64,000 nt of DNA from positions 2,170,001 through 2,234,000 of the forward strand of contig OZ361258.1 in NCBI GenBank assembly GCA_977018835.1, in the 5' to 3' direction. This document shows, piece by piece, positions 13,566 to 26,027 of the stretch. Position 1 is the first letter of the stretch. The number at the start of each line of letters is the position of its first letter. The DNA is from Minutocellus sp. GHC0000111. Taxonomy: Eukaryota. Under the pieces are notes generated by a model, which worked only from the letters and a program-made list of their open reading frames with translations, was not told the origin of the DNA and did not search any database. Both the position numbers and the translations under genes were made by a program.

Positions 13566-13758
13566 ATCGTCGGCGAGGGTGAGGAATCACTCGATTCATA
13601 TATTGCCTCAATCGAAACGAGTAAACACATATATAGGCGCCTATTTTAGTACATGGGCGTGCTCAGCCAGCTCGGCAAACATACAACATAAAATCCTCAC
13701 GAAAATCAAACGCAGGACTCGACACAATGCTTTCTGAAACCAAAATACAATCTACCTA

Positions 13759-15607
13759 GTCACTCTCATCACTCGCCGTCTTCAGCTGTTCTGTCAGGAA
13801 TTTGGCCGATGCGAGATCAACGGTCCTGGTACCCACCTCACCATCGAGGGAGAGACGGCCAGTGCCACAATCTCCGGATTCCGTTTCATTGGTGCTACCG
13901 AGAGTGCCGTCATCATCAAGTAAGTTTGGTTGCTTGGTTGCCATCGCATTATGGCATTTATTTATTTTACAATTGTAGCGTGCCACACCAATGCTACTAT
14001 ACTAGTATGATTTTTGAGGAAAACAATGCAACATCCATCATCAGCTAAACTCTGTGTCTTGCTTTCAACTTACTCTTCCAGGGATGGTACCGGAACTGGC
14101 CGCAAGGAAACGCGGGAGCAGGTATTTTGCGACAACGAATTCGTCAAGTGAGTGTGCATTGCCTCTCTGATGATCTATTGATCTAGGAATTCGTAACGTG
14201 ATATATTCCCCCCATCAGTACGAGTATGGCTTTCCATTCATCTGCATTGCTCTCACCAACCTACACATTTCGTCCCTATTCGATATATTTTATTACCAAA
14301 AATTCAACAGCAATGAGAACAACTGGTCCGATGGAGGAGCCATCAAGGTCGGCACCGGCGCCAAGATTTACGTAGGCAATTCGTACTTCGAAGGCAACGC
14401 AGCCGAGCGGATGGGAGGCGCAATAAGTGGCACTGCCTCCATCCTGCAAGTGCTGGACATCAGCTTCCGATCCAACATCGCCAAACTCGGTGGTGCGATC
14501 GCTACCAATCTCCCCGAAGCTCAGCTGGTGCTGGGAGGTTGCGAATTCGATGCCAATGACGCCATCATGGGACCCAAGTACGGCCCCGCCGTCGCCGCCA
14601 ATGGCCTCGTCGAGGATCTTGGCGAAAATGACGCCCAGCCCGAGGAATTGATGTGCCTTGACTGTGAACTTACGTCGGGAATCCGCATCCGCGAGCCGGA
14701 ACCACAAGCACAACCGGTGCAGGATATCAATGTGCCCATGACCGAGCCACTTCCGAGCGCTGCTCCTCTTGATACCGAAGGAATGGGTACCCTTCTACCC
14801 GCCGCCGACGAAGATGCTGCGCCATTGGTTGTTGTCGAGGAGGATGCTGAAGCCTACATTGAGGAGATTACCGATGCCGCGGAGGAGAATACCGAAGAGG
14901 TGGTCACAGCCGACAACAAGTGCGTCCAATGTACAAACATCCCAACAAAGTACATGCTCCAAACAGGCCTGGAATGCGCGAGCTACACCTACGCATTTGA
15001 GCGCCGATGCGGTACCGAGTATGGCTGGTGGGGTCGCGATGGCAATCTCGAATACTGCCAGTACTCGTGCTGGAAGAACGGCGCTCCTCACATGACTCAG
15101 GGCGACTTGCCTTGCTGTGAGCGTGCCGATGCCGACGATGAGGTCGTTATCATGGAGACACTTGTCGAGAAGGACACTGTTCTTGCTGAGATTGAAAACG
15201 AGGACAAGGAGGTCGAAGCCACTGTCGCAGAAGAAGACATTGAAACCGAGGCCGAGGATGAGCCCGAGCAAGCCGCAGTCGCTGAAGAGTCTATCGAGGA
15301 GACCGTCGAGGAGGTTAGCGAGGAATCTATCCAGGAGGTTACTGAAAAGGTTTCTGATGAGGCCATCGACGAGACTATTGACGAGACTATCGACGAGACT
15401 ATCGATGAGACTGCCGATGAGACTGCCGATGAGCCTACCGAAGATGTTGTTCTTGGTGAGATCGAGAACGAGGACGCCGCGGAAGACGTCATTATTGACG
15501 ACACCGAGAACGAGGAGGTTGCTACCACCACCGACGAAGAAGAGAGCGTTGAGGAAGCTGGTTCTGAAAACGACGAAGAGACAGAGGATCAGAGTGACAA
15601 CATCTAA
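13759..15607 (+). CDS. Probable extracellular protein with pectin-lyase/POMP-like GGAI repeats, a Cys-rich module and an acidic tail; exons ~13759-13919, 14082-14147, 14311-15607; 5' end not found
   Basis: GT-AG introns at 13920-14081 and 14148-14310 keep the frame. Repeats 'GGAI...FEGNAA...GGAI...FRSNIA..GGAI'; Cys module 'CVQCTN...C...C...CQYSCW'. No in-frame ATG upstream. Confidence 0.65.
15365..15436 (+). repeat. Coding 12-bp tandem repeat encoding (I/A)DET units
   Basis: atcgacgagact / gccgatgagact units, about 6 copies. Confidence 0.85.
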
Positions 15608-16130
15608 ACAAGATGTGGATCAAAGGTGGATGATGATGAAATTCCAATCGATGTTGATTTATTCATACGAACAAAATGAATGTTTACAATGATGGCAGCG
15701 ACGACACATCAGGCTTGGTGCCTGGATGCGATCAACGCTATGAGGACCATCACCCGAAATCTAGACTAGAGTTATGTAGATCTAGCTACACATTGTTGAG
15801 CAGCGGAGATGTGCGATCCGAGAAGTTCGGAGTCCAAAAGGAGATCCAAATTGACTTCAGAGGATTCCCTGCATATATTTGTAAGTTTTTAGAAATCTTT
15901 ACTGTGTGTGATGCCAATTGGCAAGACTAGACTTAGCTGGTAAGACCATGCCATGAGGAACATGCCATCATACAGCTGCTGCCTGCCCTGATGATGATGC
16001 ATGATGATAGCTATGATGATGCATGCATGATGATGCAACTACAAGTACGGTACGTACGCACGCGTACGGTAACGCAGGTGGCGCCTATTCAAGATTTCGG
16101 GGTGTATGGATTTTCCGCCGGTGGTCTGCA

Positions 16131-16198
16131 GGTCGTGGTCGCATCGTCGCATCTGCTTCACGCCGGTGGTCGTGGTCGCATCGTCGCATCTGCTTCAC
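16131..16198. repeat. 37-bp-period direct repeat upstream of the gene at 16261
   Basis: ggtcgtggtcgcatcgtcgcatctgcttcac occurs twice, separated by gccggt. Confidence 0.85.
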
Positions 16199-16260
16199 AT
16201 CAGATCGCATCTTTCATCTTTCTCAGCAGCCGAACGCAAAGAACATTTATTGGCTTGACC

Positions 16261-17022
16261 ATGGTTGAAACCAAACCGAACAGTACCGTTGACGACTTAA
16301 TTAAGAAGGCTGCCGATGCGATCGGTGTGGGTAAGAGTTGTTGAATATCGATGTGTACAGTTGGTGCGTTGCCTCTCGATTCGCGTCCGTACTTTTTCCG
16401 CCCTCGCTCTTCTATTCTCACACCTCTTTGTTCTGTATGCCATCGCGTAGACGAGCCAACGACCCGGGCTTGCATAGGTGCCATACTGGCTTTTCTCAAG
16501 CAACATCACGGAAGCTTCGATTTTAGCAAGATTACCAGCTCAATCTCTGGTCTCGACGACCTGATATCTGAAGCTGAGGACGACGATGCAATCCCGCAGA
16601 TTCCCAAGCCTCAGCCTGTGGGGGGTGGGGATGCCACAACTGCCGCCGATAGTCCTCCGGTCGCGCCTAATACGTCGAGCGGCTCCTCATCCACGAGTAT
16701 TTTCTCGCTCATCGTAACCATCTTTCGTCTGCTTGGATTTTTTGCCATCATAAAGCAGCTTCTATCGCTGGTGCCCATAGTAGGTCAGCCAGCCGTTCGT
16801 TTGATTGAAGGAATCGAGGATGGGTCGATCTCGGATGGAGCCGAATTGCTTAATATTCTCAAGAACAAGATCAACAAGGAACAGGCCATTCGTCTTGTCA
16901 AGCTTGTTGTCGACTTCATGCAGGACAATTTGGACGCTGACACTCTTAGCAGTCTGAGAAAGGAAGTGCCAGCCGTCAGGGCCATCATGAGCGGAAGTGA
17001 AGGCAAAGCGAAGGAGGACTGA
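16261..17022 (+). CDS. Hypothetical helical protein; intron 16331-16450
   Basis: A GTAAG...TAG intron joins 'MVETKPN...AIGV' to 'DEPTTRACIGAILAFLK' in frame. Confidence 0.7.
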
Positions 17023-17318
17023 GGGTGCTCGTTTCTATACTTCTACGTATTTCGACTTGGCACATCCAGAATTACATTTCTTTGATGTCAATTTCCAGCA
17101 AAATATCTTTCGAATTGTCCATTCAGGCGCTCACAGTATCACAGTCATAAACGACCTGCATATTATTATTGAATTAATTTATGCCAAATGAAACGAATAT
17201 AAACATCGTAGCGTGAACACCCGTTACATAATTGTTTTTACACGCATTTCTACAAGATCTATGGTGTACACATGGACAACATCTATTCTATATAAAAGTA
17301 TTTACATGTATATACGAA

Positions 17319-18549
17319 CTAGTCATGATTTGGACTGTACTTGGCGCCGGAGGTCCAATCGGTACCAGCACCACTCGCAGTGTCCGCTGGAGGGCCAGCC
17401 ATCTGCTGCGGACGATCCTGGTTAGAATGGTGCTGGATTCCCGGATCAGTCCGATCACTGGTGTTGTAGGGGAGGGCCGTGTGCTTGGGTTGCCTGCCCA
17501 TGAGGGATGGCCCCTCATTCTCCCTGCCCCGAGCTCGGTTCCTGGGTGGACCATTTACCTCCACCTCCTCATCGTCGTCCTCGACTTGGGCACTTACCAT
17601 CATGGGTCCGCTGAGGCCGTTGTTGGTGCTTTGCCTTCCATTTGGTCCCTGATTTGCCGCAAGGAGCTGCTCATCGAGGCATCGCAGGTCGTACGATGTC
17701 ACCTCGACGGAGGCAAGGCAGTCGAACGATGCGAGTTCGGCACGTTCAAGGCGGTTGAGGAGCATGTCGCCGCAGGTACCGGTGCCCTCCTGCAGCCCTC
17801 GATCGTTTTGTGCAGGAAGCCCCAGCAGCTGCCGCCGCTCTCGCTGATCCTTGGACTTTTCTCGGAGGAGGAGCCGTCCCCTCCGTCGGGAGTAGTTGCG
17901 CCCCTCGACCCGCAGCTTCTTCACGTTGCGCTTCCCCCTTCGCTTCTTGCGATTTTGCAGCTGCCGATGACCCACGCCGTCGACGAAGGTGGCATCGTAG
18001 TCAAAGGTATCGACGGTATCCTCGACGATCTCGACCCGCTCGACGTTGATGCACTCCCCTTCAGCGCCGGTGCACTCGTTCATCACCCGCTTGACGATGT
18101 TCAGGAACCGTTCGTAGTCGTCGGGGCTGGTCCGTTCGACGAGCGGTTCGTCGACGTTGTAGAAGGTCAGGTAGATGTACTCGACGAAGGCCGTGGGATA
18201 GTCGGCGTCGCAATCGGAAAAGTCGTCCGGAGGGCTGTTGGGAAAGTGAATGTTTTGGTTGGTCCGGTCGAGAATTTGGTCGTACTCGGAGTAGGTGATG
18301 CTGCCATCGCCGTCGATGTCGAGCGTCTGGGTGGTCGTCGCAACTCGACGAGGGTAGTTTGGCTTTGGTTGGGATACCTGCTGCTGCTGGGCAGATGCCG
18401 CGGGGAGGAGCAGTGGACAGAGGCACGTTGTGCTGACGAGGGCGAGGACTGCACACGCTCTTCTTGCCGCTGAGGCCGGGAGCGATGGGATCCTCCTCCT
18501 CCTCCTTCTTCCGAGGGAGCAGTGGAGTTGGGTTTGTGGGCGAGTCATC
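17319..18549 (-). CDS. Secreted or membrane-anchored protein with one EF-hand; possibly 3'-truncated
   Basis: Hydrophobic signal-like 'ACAVLALVSTTCLCPLLLPAASA', EF-hand loop 'DIDGDGSITYSEY', GC-rich codon usage. Confidence 0.55.
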
Positions 18550-19045
18550 CTTCTGGGTGGAACACTTGTGGCATGCAGGAAAGTCGACCCCACGATGCTG
18601 ACAGGATAGGAAAGAGTAGCAGGAGTACGGATAACCCCAAAGGAAGTTAACCTTCTTTGCAAGAGAATGTGTGTTATGTGAATGGAAGGCAAGTGCGGAC
18701 CTCGGAAAGATGCAGTCGGGAAGTTTTGAGGAGGGGCGTTAAATCTTGGTGCCACATATACAACAGCCCCGAGTGTCCGTTGGCCCTGTCTTTATGACGC
18801 ACAGACACCTCGGGGCAGTAATGTTGCTTTCACGCACGGGTCGTGATTTTCAGACGCCCACAGCACAGTCCCGACCATCCAGTCTCTTCCCATCCCAGCC
18901 GGTTTTCGTCGTTTTGCTCCCCGCTTGCTTTGGGACTCGACGTTATTTACTCTTCTCCCCACCATCCCGGCATTCATTGACATTGATTGCCGCATATTCC
19001 TCGGTACAACGTACAGCATACACATTGCCATACTAAGGCATCAGC

Positions 19046-19807
19046 ATGTTCGACCAGCGCCATTGCAATGCTCCGTCGTCGCCGGCCTCGTCGCCGCCGC
19101 CATCATCGGCGTTGGCGAAACCCGCATTCCTCCCAGCAACACCACCAGCCTCATCATCTTCTTCCTCTTCTTCTTCGGTATCATCCTCGCCAAGCAACAC
19201 CACTGCATGTGCAAGCAGTCCCATCTCATCTTCCAACACGATGAGAAAGAGCAGGATCCGGCCAAGGGGCGAGCATCAACGGCCGAGCTACCTCCTTCCG
19301 ATGCCGACGCCGGCTGCCACATGTGCTACATTGCCACCCACCAAGTCCAAGCCCTACACATGCAACAATGATGCCGACAAAGATGAGCACGACAATTGCA
19401 GCATCACTGCCAGTCAGCAATCACAACTGTATGAGCCGGAGCAGGACGGGTCTCCCCCCAATCGCCGTCGTCGTATCTTTCTTTTTTCTAGCGCAGCAGC
19501 CGCCGTCGTCCTCCTCATCGTCGCCTCCATCGCAAACACATCGGCACTCGGTGGTGACGGTGGTAGTGCGGCCATTCGTCAGCTGTTCCCTCCCTTCCAT
19601 CAGCAGGATCCAACGGCAACGCCATCAGCAGCGGTCGACGTGTTGGACGCACGGGACGTCCTCCTCATGGCCGAGCGGGATGCCCTCACCTTCAAGCGCG
19701 ACGCCGCGGGGTTGCAACGGACCAACGACCGGCTCAAGGCCGAGCTGTCGATGCCGTCGCAGGCAGAGGCAGAGGTCGAGGAGGAGGAGGCAGAAGCTCG
19801 CCAATAG
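19046..19807 (+). CDS. Ser-rich protein with one TM helix and a coiled coil (possibly a fragment of a type II membrane protein)
   Basis: 'RRRRIFLFSSAAAAVVLLIVASIA' TM segment followed by a coiled-coil segment. Confidence 0.45.
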   Translation: MFDQRHCNAPSSPASSPPPSSALAKPAFLPATPPASSSSSSSSSVSSSPSNTTACASSPISSSNTMRKSRIRPRGEHQRPSYLLPMPTPAATCATLPPTKSKPYTCNNDADKDEHDNCSITASQQSQLYEPEQDGSPPNRRRRIFLFSSAAAAVVLLIVASIANTSALGGDGGSAAIRQLFPPFHQQDPTATPSAAVDVLDARDVLLMAERDALTFKRDAAGLQRTNDRLKAELSMPSQAEAEVEEEEAEARQ

Positions 19808-21724
19808 TTTGCTTTGTACAAACGCGCACGGACGGGTGCAGCAACTCGAAATCTCCATATTCACATGGGAAACCCTACATGTAAAAATAGAGGGATATTG
19901 TAACAAAACAATCACACATACATCTTGATTTCTTTTGTCTAGATCTGATTTAGTATCGAAGCCAAAGGAATATTGAATGACTTGGATCGAATCGCTGTAC
20001 CAAAGCACAAAGATCTTTCACTGCCGTGCGGTAGCTTTTTGTCAGTGACTTTTGAGCAAGATATGCATGCCAGTCATATCCTCTCTCCTCCTCTCATCGG
20101 CAGGCAGGCAGCAAACCAGCAGGACGGCAGGACCGATGAGCTTTTGCCCGTTCGTTGTCATGTTCAAAGCACCACTGTTACAGATCTATATGATCACTGA
20201 TCGAGAATCCGTATGCCTCGAATTGAAGTCCCGCTCTATCGTCCCTATTTCCATAGCTCGGCTTGCTCTGGCAGCAGCTAACCGGTACAGTAACATGTGC
20301 TGCTGCGTCGGCGATGTCACGTCGGCGATGTCTCTTGCAACGCCGACGGCGTCGGATAACCCTAAGGGTACTTCGGGGTAACAATTTATCTTCGGCGCCT
20401 GTACTTTCTTTCGCGTTCAAAACGAGAAGCCGCCCTAAGACGGAATTTTTTCAATCCTCGCCAAGCAACACCACTGCATGTGCAAGCAGTCCCATCTCAT
20501 CTTCCAACACGATGAGAAAGAGCAGGATCCGGCCAAGGGGCGAGCATCAACGGCCGAGCTACCTCCTTCCGATGCCGACGCCGGCTGCCACATGTGCTAC
20601 ATTGCCACCCACCAAGTCCAAGCCCTACACATGCAACAATGATGCCGACAAAGATGAGCACGACAATTGCAGCATCACTGCCAGTCAGCAATCACAACTG
20701 TATGAGCCGGAGCAGGACGGGTCTCCCCCCAATCGCCGTCGTCGTATCTTTCTTTTTTCTAGCGCAGCAGCCGCCGTCGTCCTCCTCATCGTCGCCTCCA
20801 TCGCAAACACATCGGCACTCGGTGGTGACGGTGGTAGTGCGGCCATTCGTCAGCTGTTCCCTCCCTTCCATCAGCAGGATCCAACGGCAACGCCATCAGC
20901 AGCGGTCGACGTGTTGGACGCACGGGACGTCCTCCTCATGGCCGAGCGGGATGCCCTCACCTTCAAGCGCGACGCCGCGGGGTTGCAACGGACCAACGAC
21001 CGGCTCAAGGCCGAGCTGTCGATGCCGTCGCAGGCAGAGGCAGAGGTCGAGGAGGAGGAGGCAGAAGCTCGCCAATAGTTTGCTTTGTACAAACGCGCAC
21101 GGACGGGTGCAGCAACTCGAAATCTCCATATTCACATGGGAAACCCTACATGTAAAAATAGAGGGATATTGTAACAAAACAATCACACATACATCTTGAT
21201 TTCTTTTGTCTAGATCTGATTTAGTATCGAAGCCAAAGGAATATTGAATGACTTGGATCGAATCGCTGTACCAAAGCACAAAGATCTTTCACTGCCGTGC
21301 GGTAGCTTTTTGTCAGTGACTTTTGAGCAAGATATGCATGCCAGTCATATCCTCTCTCCTCCTCTCATCGGCAGGCAGGCAGCAAACCAGCAGGACGGCA
21401 GGACCGATGAGCTTTTGCCCGTTCGTTGTCATGTTCAAAGCACCACTGTTACAGATCTATATGATCACTGATCGAGAATCCGTATGCCTCGAATTGAAGT
21501 CCCGCTCTATCGTCCCTATTTCCATAGCTCGGCTTGCTCTGGCAGCAGCTAACCGGTACAGTAACATGTGCTGCTGCGTCGGCGATGTCACGTCGGCGAT
21601 GTCTCTTGCAACGCCGACGGCGTCGGATAACCCTAAGGGTACTTCGGGGTAACAATTTATCTTCGGCGCCTGTACTTTCTTTCGCGTTCAAAACGAGAAG
21701 CCGCCCTAAGACGGAATTTTTTCA
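19183..21724. repeat. Tandem duplication, 2 x 1271 bp (19183-20453 and 20454-21724)
   Basis: Identical ORF translations offset by exactly 1271 bp. Junction ...gaattttttca|atcctcgccaagc... Confidence 0.95.
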
Positions 21725-21898
21725 GACATCAACCTGACGGCCGATAAATGCGGTTGTATTGGGCATGTGCCCATAAAATAACAATAATATAAGACCGGAA
21801 CTTCCTCTTAACATTTGAAACATCGACCCTGAACCCTGACGCCAGCGTGGTACCATCGGTAGCATACACCCATTACAATAACGCAAAGCTCTTCAACC

Positions 21899-24452
21899 AT
21901 GACAACGACAGCAACAACGCCAATCCTCCTTGAGGACGACAATCTGCGCGCTGGTGACCTACGGAATCCTTTGTACCATCTGCTGCAGCAGGAACAGACA
22001 CAGACTCGACGACGACGAAAGAGCCGACGAGACAGTGACTCCTCTGCTAATTCGATGTCTTCCCAAACTTCTTCGACATCTTCATCCTCCACACATAGCA
22101 ACAAGCGTCACTTTCTGCCAGAATCAGTATGCCAACGAGTAGAAGAGTCGTGGTCCCTTGTGTCGAATGATATTGAGGACCTTGGTTTGAGGTTCTTCCT
22201 AAACATCTTTGACAAAAATCCTGAACTGTTGACGCTCCTTCCGTATGGTCGATCGTATCTGGAAGCTCCACCCGACCAGAGGAAAGAGAAGTTGCGGCAA
22301 TGCCCATCGCTCCGTGTACACGCCATCCATGTAATGACTGCCGTGGGCAACATTATTGCTGGCCTGAACGACATGGAAAGTGTCATCCCTTCGCTAAGAA
22401 GCCTTGGAAAGACCCATCGCGCTGCCGGAATTTCTGACTATCACTACAAAAACTTGTTTCGTATCCTTTCCGCGACCATTAGAGAGAAAGTTGGGCCCCA
22501 GCGCTGGGATGAAGAGACTAGTGAAGCGTGGGAGTTAGTCTACTTTTCTCTAGCGAGCATCATGTCGCGTCCCGCAACTCCTCTGCAGGCTGAACCAGTG
22601 ACGGGTTGGCACGAACTACTCGTATTGGCCGGCCTGTATCTAGCTATTTTCACGCCGTTTCAACTTGCGGGGTTTGCGGCCAAGGTACCATGGCTATCGC
22701 ATATATTTACTATTCTCGATGCTATGGCAGTCTGCCTCTTTTTGATCGATATGTGCAGTGATCAAATTATCGAAGCTCTTCGAGTCAAGCCCAGGGCAGC
22801 TCAAGGAAGTGATAGTAGTAGACCCACATCCAACGCGAAGCCGAAAAGCAAGATGCGCCGTCGTTTCGACCTCAATTGCATCAGACTGAGAGTCCACACT
22901 CTTCGAAAATTACGGGCAATTGAAATGGACCAAGTGAGTACGATCGTACATTTGCATTTTGCGATCCAAGAATTCTGTACCGATGTATTGATCTCACATA
23001 ACAAACTCATTTCCATCTATCTCTATTCCACAGTGGGTATCCTGGCCGACAACAGACAAAATCGTCGTTGGTTCATTTATCTCTGAAAAAGCATTTGATT
23101 TTCTCGTCCACCAAGGACAGACCCACCCCAAAATTGCACCTGGACTTCACTGGATCCACCTTGCTGGTCTCCTTCGCCTTGCTGCTTTATCCAGAGTCAT
23201 CCACGCAGTTCACTGTTTAGAGAACAATCTACTACTTCGACAGCGAGTTAATCAGAACCAGAGGACTATCATGCGCATCACCAAGCTGATTCTCACTCTT
23301 GCATACGTCACCCATGTAAGTGGGTGCATTTGGCAAATCATCGCTCGAATAGAGCTAGTAGATGCCCTCGAGATCACGCCAACCGCGTTCTTCCCCGAAC
23401 CCAGTCTGCTTCTGGGCTCAAGCGGTGTGATCAATGCTTACATCCGATCGATCCATTTCGGTTGGACCAGCCTAGCAGGTATCGGCAACTTTGATTCGAC
23501 CCCCGTTACCACCCTGGAGGTAGTCGGTACACTAATCATTCACATATGCGGTGTAACCCTCTACGCTATCATGACTGGCGCCGTGGTAAATATCCTCGAG
23601 GAGCTCACTTCCAAGGACAACGAAATCCAACGAGAGCTCGCAGAACTCGGAACGTTCATGAAGGATTGCAATGTTCCTCCGGACGTACAAAAGAGAACAA
23701 TGGAAGGCTTTGTTATGAGGCGATTAGTCGCATCTAGCGGAGGCGCAAGTGAAAGCCAAAGTGCAGAAGAAATCCCCAAGATGAACGCAGATATAATGGC
23801 CTCGCTCCCCAAGCATTTACAGAAGGAGCTAACGGTTTATTCCCGCTTGGAATCCATCCAAAGACGAGACGAAACTTTAAAATGTTGCTCAGCAGATTTC
23901 CTTTTTGCATTGGCAGGGGAATTGCAAGGCAGCCAGGTACTTTTACCAGGGGACTATCTCCTAGAGGAAGGACAAGGGCCTCCGCGACAAGACATTGTGG
24001 TTGAGTCCGGCACTCTGGAAATTGAGGTTGACGACAAGGCCATCAAAGTGCTCAGGAAAGGGGATATGATCGGGAAACCGTGGCTGCTCAAGGCTCTAGA
24101 TCAGAACTGCAACAATCTCACTACGATATCAGAAGAGGAAGAAGGGCCTGACATCACTCAAATCGTGAAGCACGTTCCTACGGCCCATTCCTTTTCCGAG
24201 TGGATCGACATCACCGACGGTTGCACAAGCAACTTGAAAATTCGAGCTCTGAGCGATTGTCGCTTGGCCACAGGGTTATCGTCGCCCCACGACGTTCGTG
24301 CTCTACGAAAGAGATTTCCCAAGGATTTTACCATACTACGAAGTGATAAGGATCGCGTAGTATCTGCTCTTCGAAAGGTCGCTGTTACAAGGAACATTGT
24401 GAGAGCTAGCATGGCGTTCAAACGCCAGCTTCGACATTCACCAAGTGCGTGA
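21899..24452 (+). CDS. Globin-fused cyclic-nucleotide-gated/KCNH-type ion channel (~817 aa); intron 22934-23033
   Basis: Globin 'VEESWSLV...LRFFLNIFDKNPELLTLL...LRVHAIHVM...LRSLGKTH...HY...EAW'. TM helices with S4-like 'LLRLAALSRV'. Pore 'YIRSIHFGWTSLAGIGNFDSTPVT', C-linker 'ASLPKHLQKEL', CNBD 'LLPGDYLLEEG...VVESGTLEI...LRKGDMIG'. The GTGAGT/CAG intron is in frame. Confidence 0.85.
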
Positions 24453-24606
24453 TGAAGAGCTTGTTCGATGTTGAGTTGCAGAATTTGCAACATAGAGTGT
24501 CTAATATTAGCAGATATTGGTGATCCGGATATCGACAATGCACATACAAATGTGACCTTATTTTTATTAGCGCATGTAGGCAAAATAATGCATGCCGGCT
24601 ACGTTC

Positions 24607-25450
24607 TCAGGACCCGAATCCTGCTTTCAAGACCATCAAAGTTTTACAGGCCTATCACCATGAGACACGAAACAATATTACTTATTCGTCTCCATTTCAA
24701 CAAATTCATCGCATCGCCGTCCCCTTGGAGCAAGGCGTCATATTCTCCGTCCAATGACCGAGCCAACTCCTTTGCTCGCTCTTGTGTCGTAATGTCCGTG
24801 GCACCCCACCAGAGCCCAAATGTTAACAAAGCGTGGACTGCACCCGTCACATGCTTCGGTGCACCTACCATCCCGCCGTAATCAATGGTTGCCTGACCAA
24901 TACCGCTGATGATGCTTCCAGTTAGCGCAGGGAGTACAACCAGCGAGTCCAATCTTGGCACACTAACGAACCAAAATCTTACCACGGCGCTCTTTCGGGA
25001 CGATATAACCAGATTCTCAATCAATGTTGACAGGAGGATCGTCCCGCCGAACATCATGCTGGAGATGGCATGGACGAGGGCCCACTGCGGCCGGCTGAGG
25101 GTCAAGAGTAGGCTCTGTGGGAAGGGATTTACTTTCACATTGATCGCTATGAATGCAGAAATTGCAAGTAGCCACACGACGAGACCCAATGCATCTTTTT
25201 TCGGGAATCCGTTTGATTTTTCACAGTGTTCATTTGTCGCCAAAGCAGGAAACACGGGGTTCTCTTTCGAAGTCATGCCCGGCGTCCAAGTGAAAGATTT
25301 CGTGGTGGCAGTTTTTACAATTGGTCTATTGATTTTGGTTGTTCGAGAAAGACCAGCAGTCCAATGCACTGCACTCTCCACTGGTAAGCCGAGCGAAAAG
25401 GCGTCTGCCGCCGCCAGTTGGAGGAGAAACAAAGCGAGGATCAGCACCAT
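24607..25450 (-). CDS. Plastid-targeted integral membrane protein (DUF2269-like); C-terminal 'LMVLKAG' lies out of frame after TAA at 24644-24646
   Basis: Signal + 'ADAF'; TM helices 'VHAISSMMFGG', 'VLPALTGSIISG'. The alternative frame reads 'TLMVLKAGFGS*'. Confidence 0.6.
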
Positions 25451-26027
25451 GGTGCTGGCAACATTTCTTTGGATCTGCTGGCGGCGGCCGCGAGAAGGTA
25501 ACTCGTACGTAGCTACATACGACGCGTATTTTACCCGTAAAACCTCGCCACGAGGCTTTTTAAAAACGCAAACAACGACGGCAAAATTAATAATTTATGC
25601 GCGGCACTACGAGAGCAAAACCTGGCGCCGAAACCTGGCCGAAACGCCCGCCATTGCCGAAACAGCATTTTGCAATTTGCGTCCCTCATCCCGAACCAGT
25701 CGACCTCCGACTGCAACAACAACAATCACACGTTTACACACAGAAGAACTACCTAGAGGTATCCCCGTCCGACTGCAACGATAGGCTGCCTCCTGGTGTT
25801 GCGGCGTCGCTTTTTGGTGGTAGTCCGGTGGCTGGGGACCGTCTGGTTGTCGTGAATTGTCAGCTTTTGATACTGCCCCTCCCATGGCAGCGCGAGGTCG
25901 GCGCTGCGTTGTTTGAGGGCTGAGTTTGAGGGGTCACCATCCCAGAGGACGTTCAGAGGTCAACACCTTCATAGTCAGCGCTGTGCTTTACTTGCTGCTC
26001 ACTGCTATCACGTAGCCACGTTCGACC

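Noticed and set aside
15365..16198. CRISPR-like arrays at the short repeats
   Set aside because: One is a coding tandem repeat and the other a two-copy duplication with no unique spacers; the context is eukaryotic.
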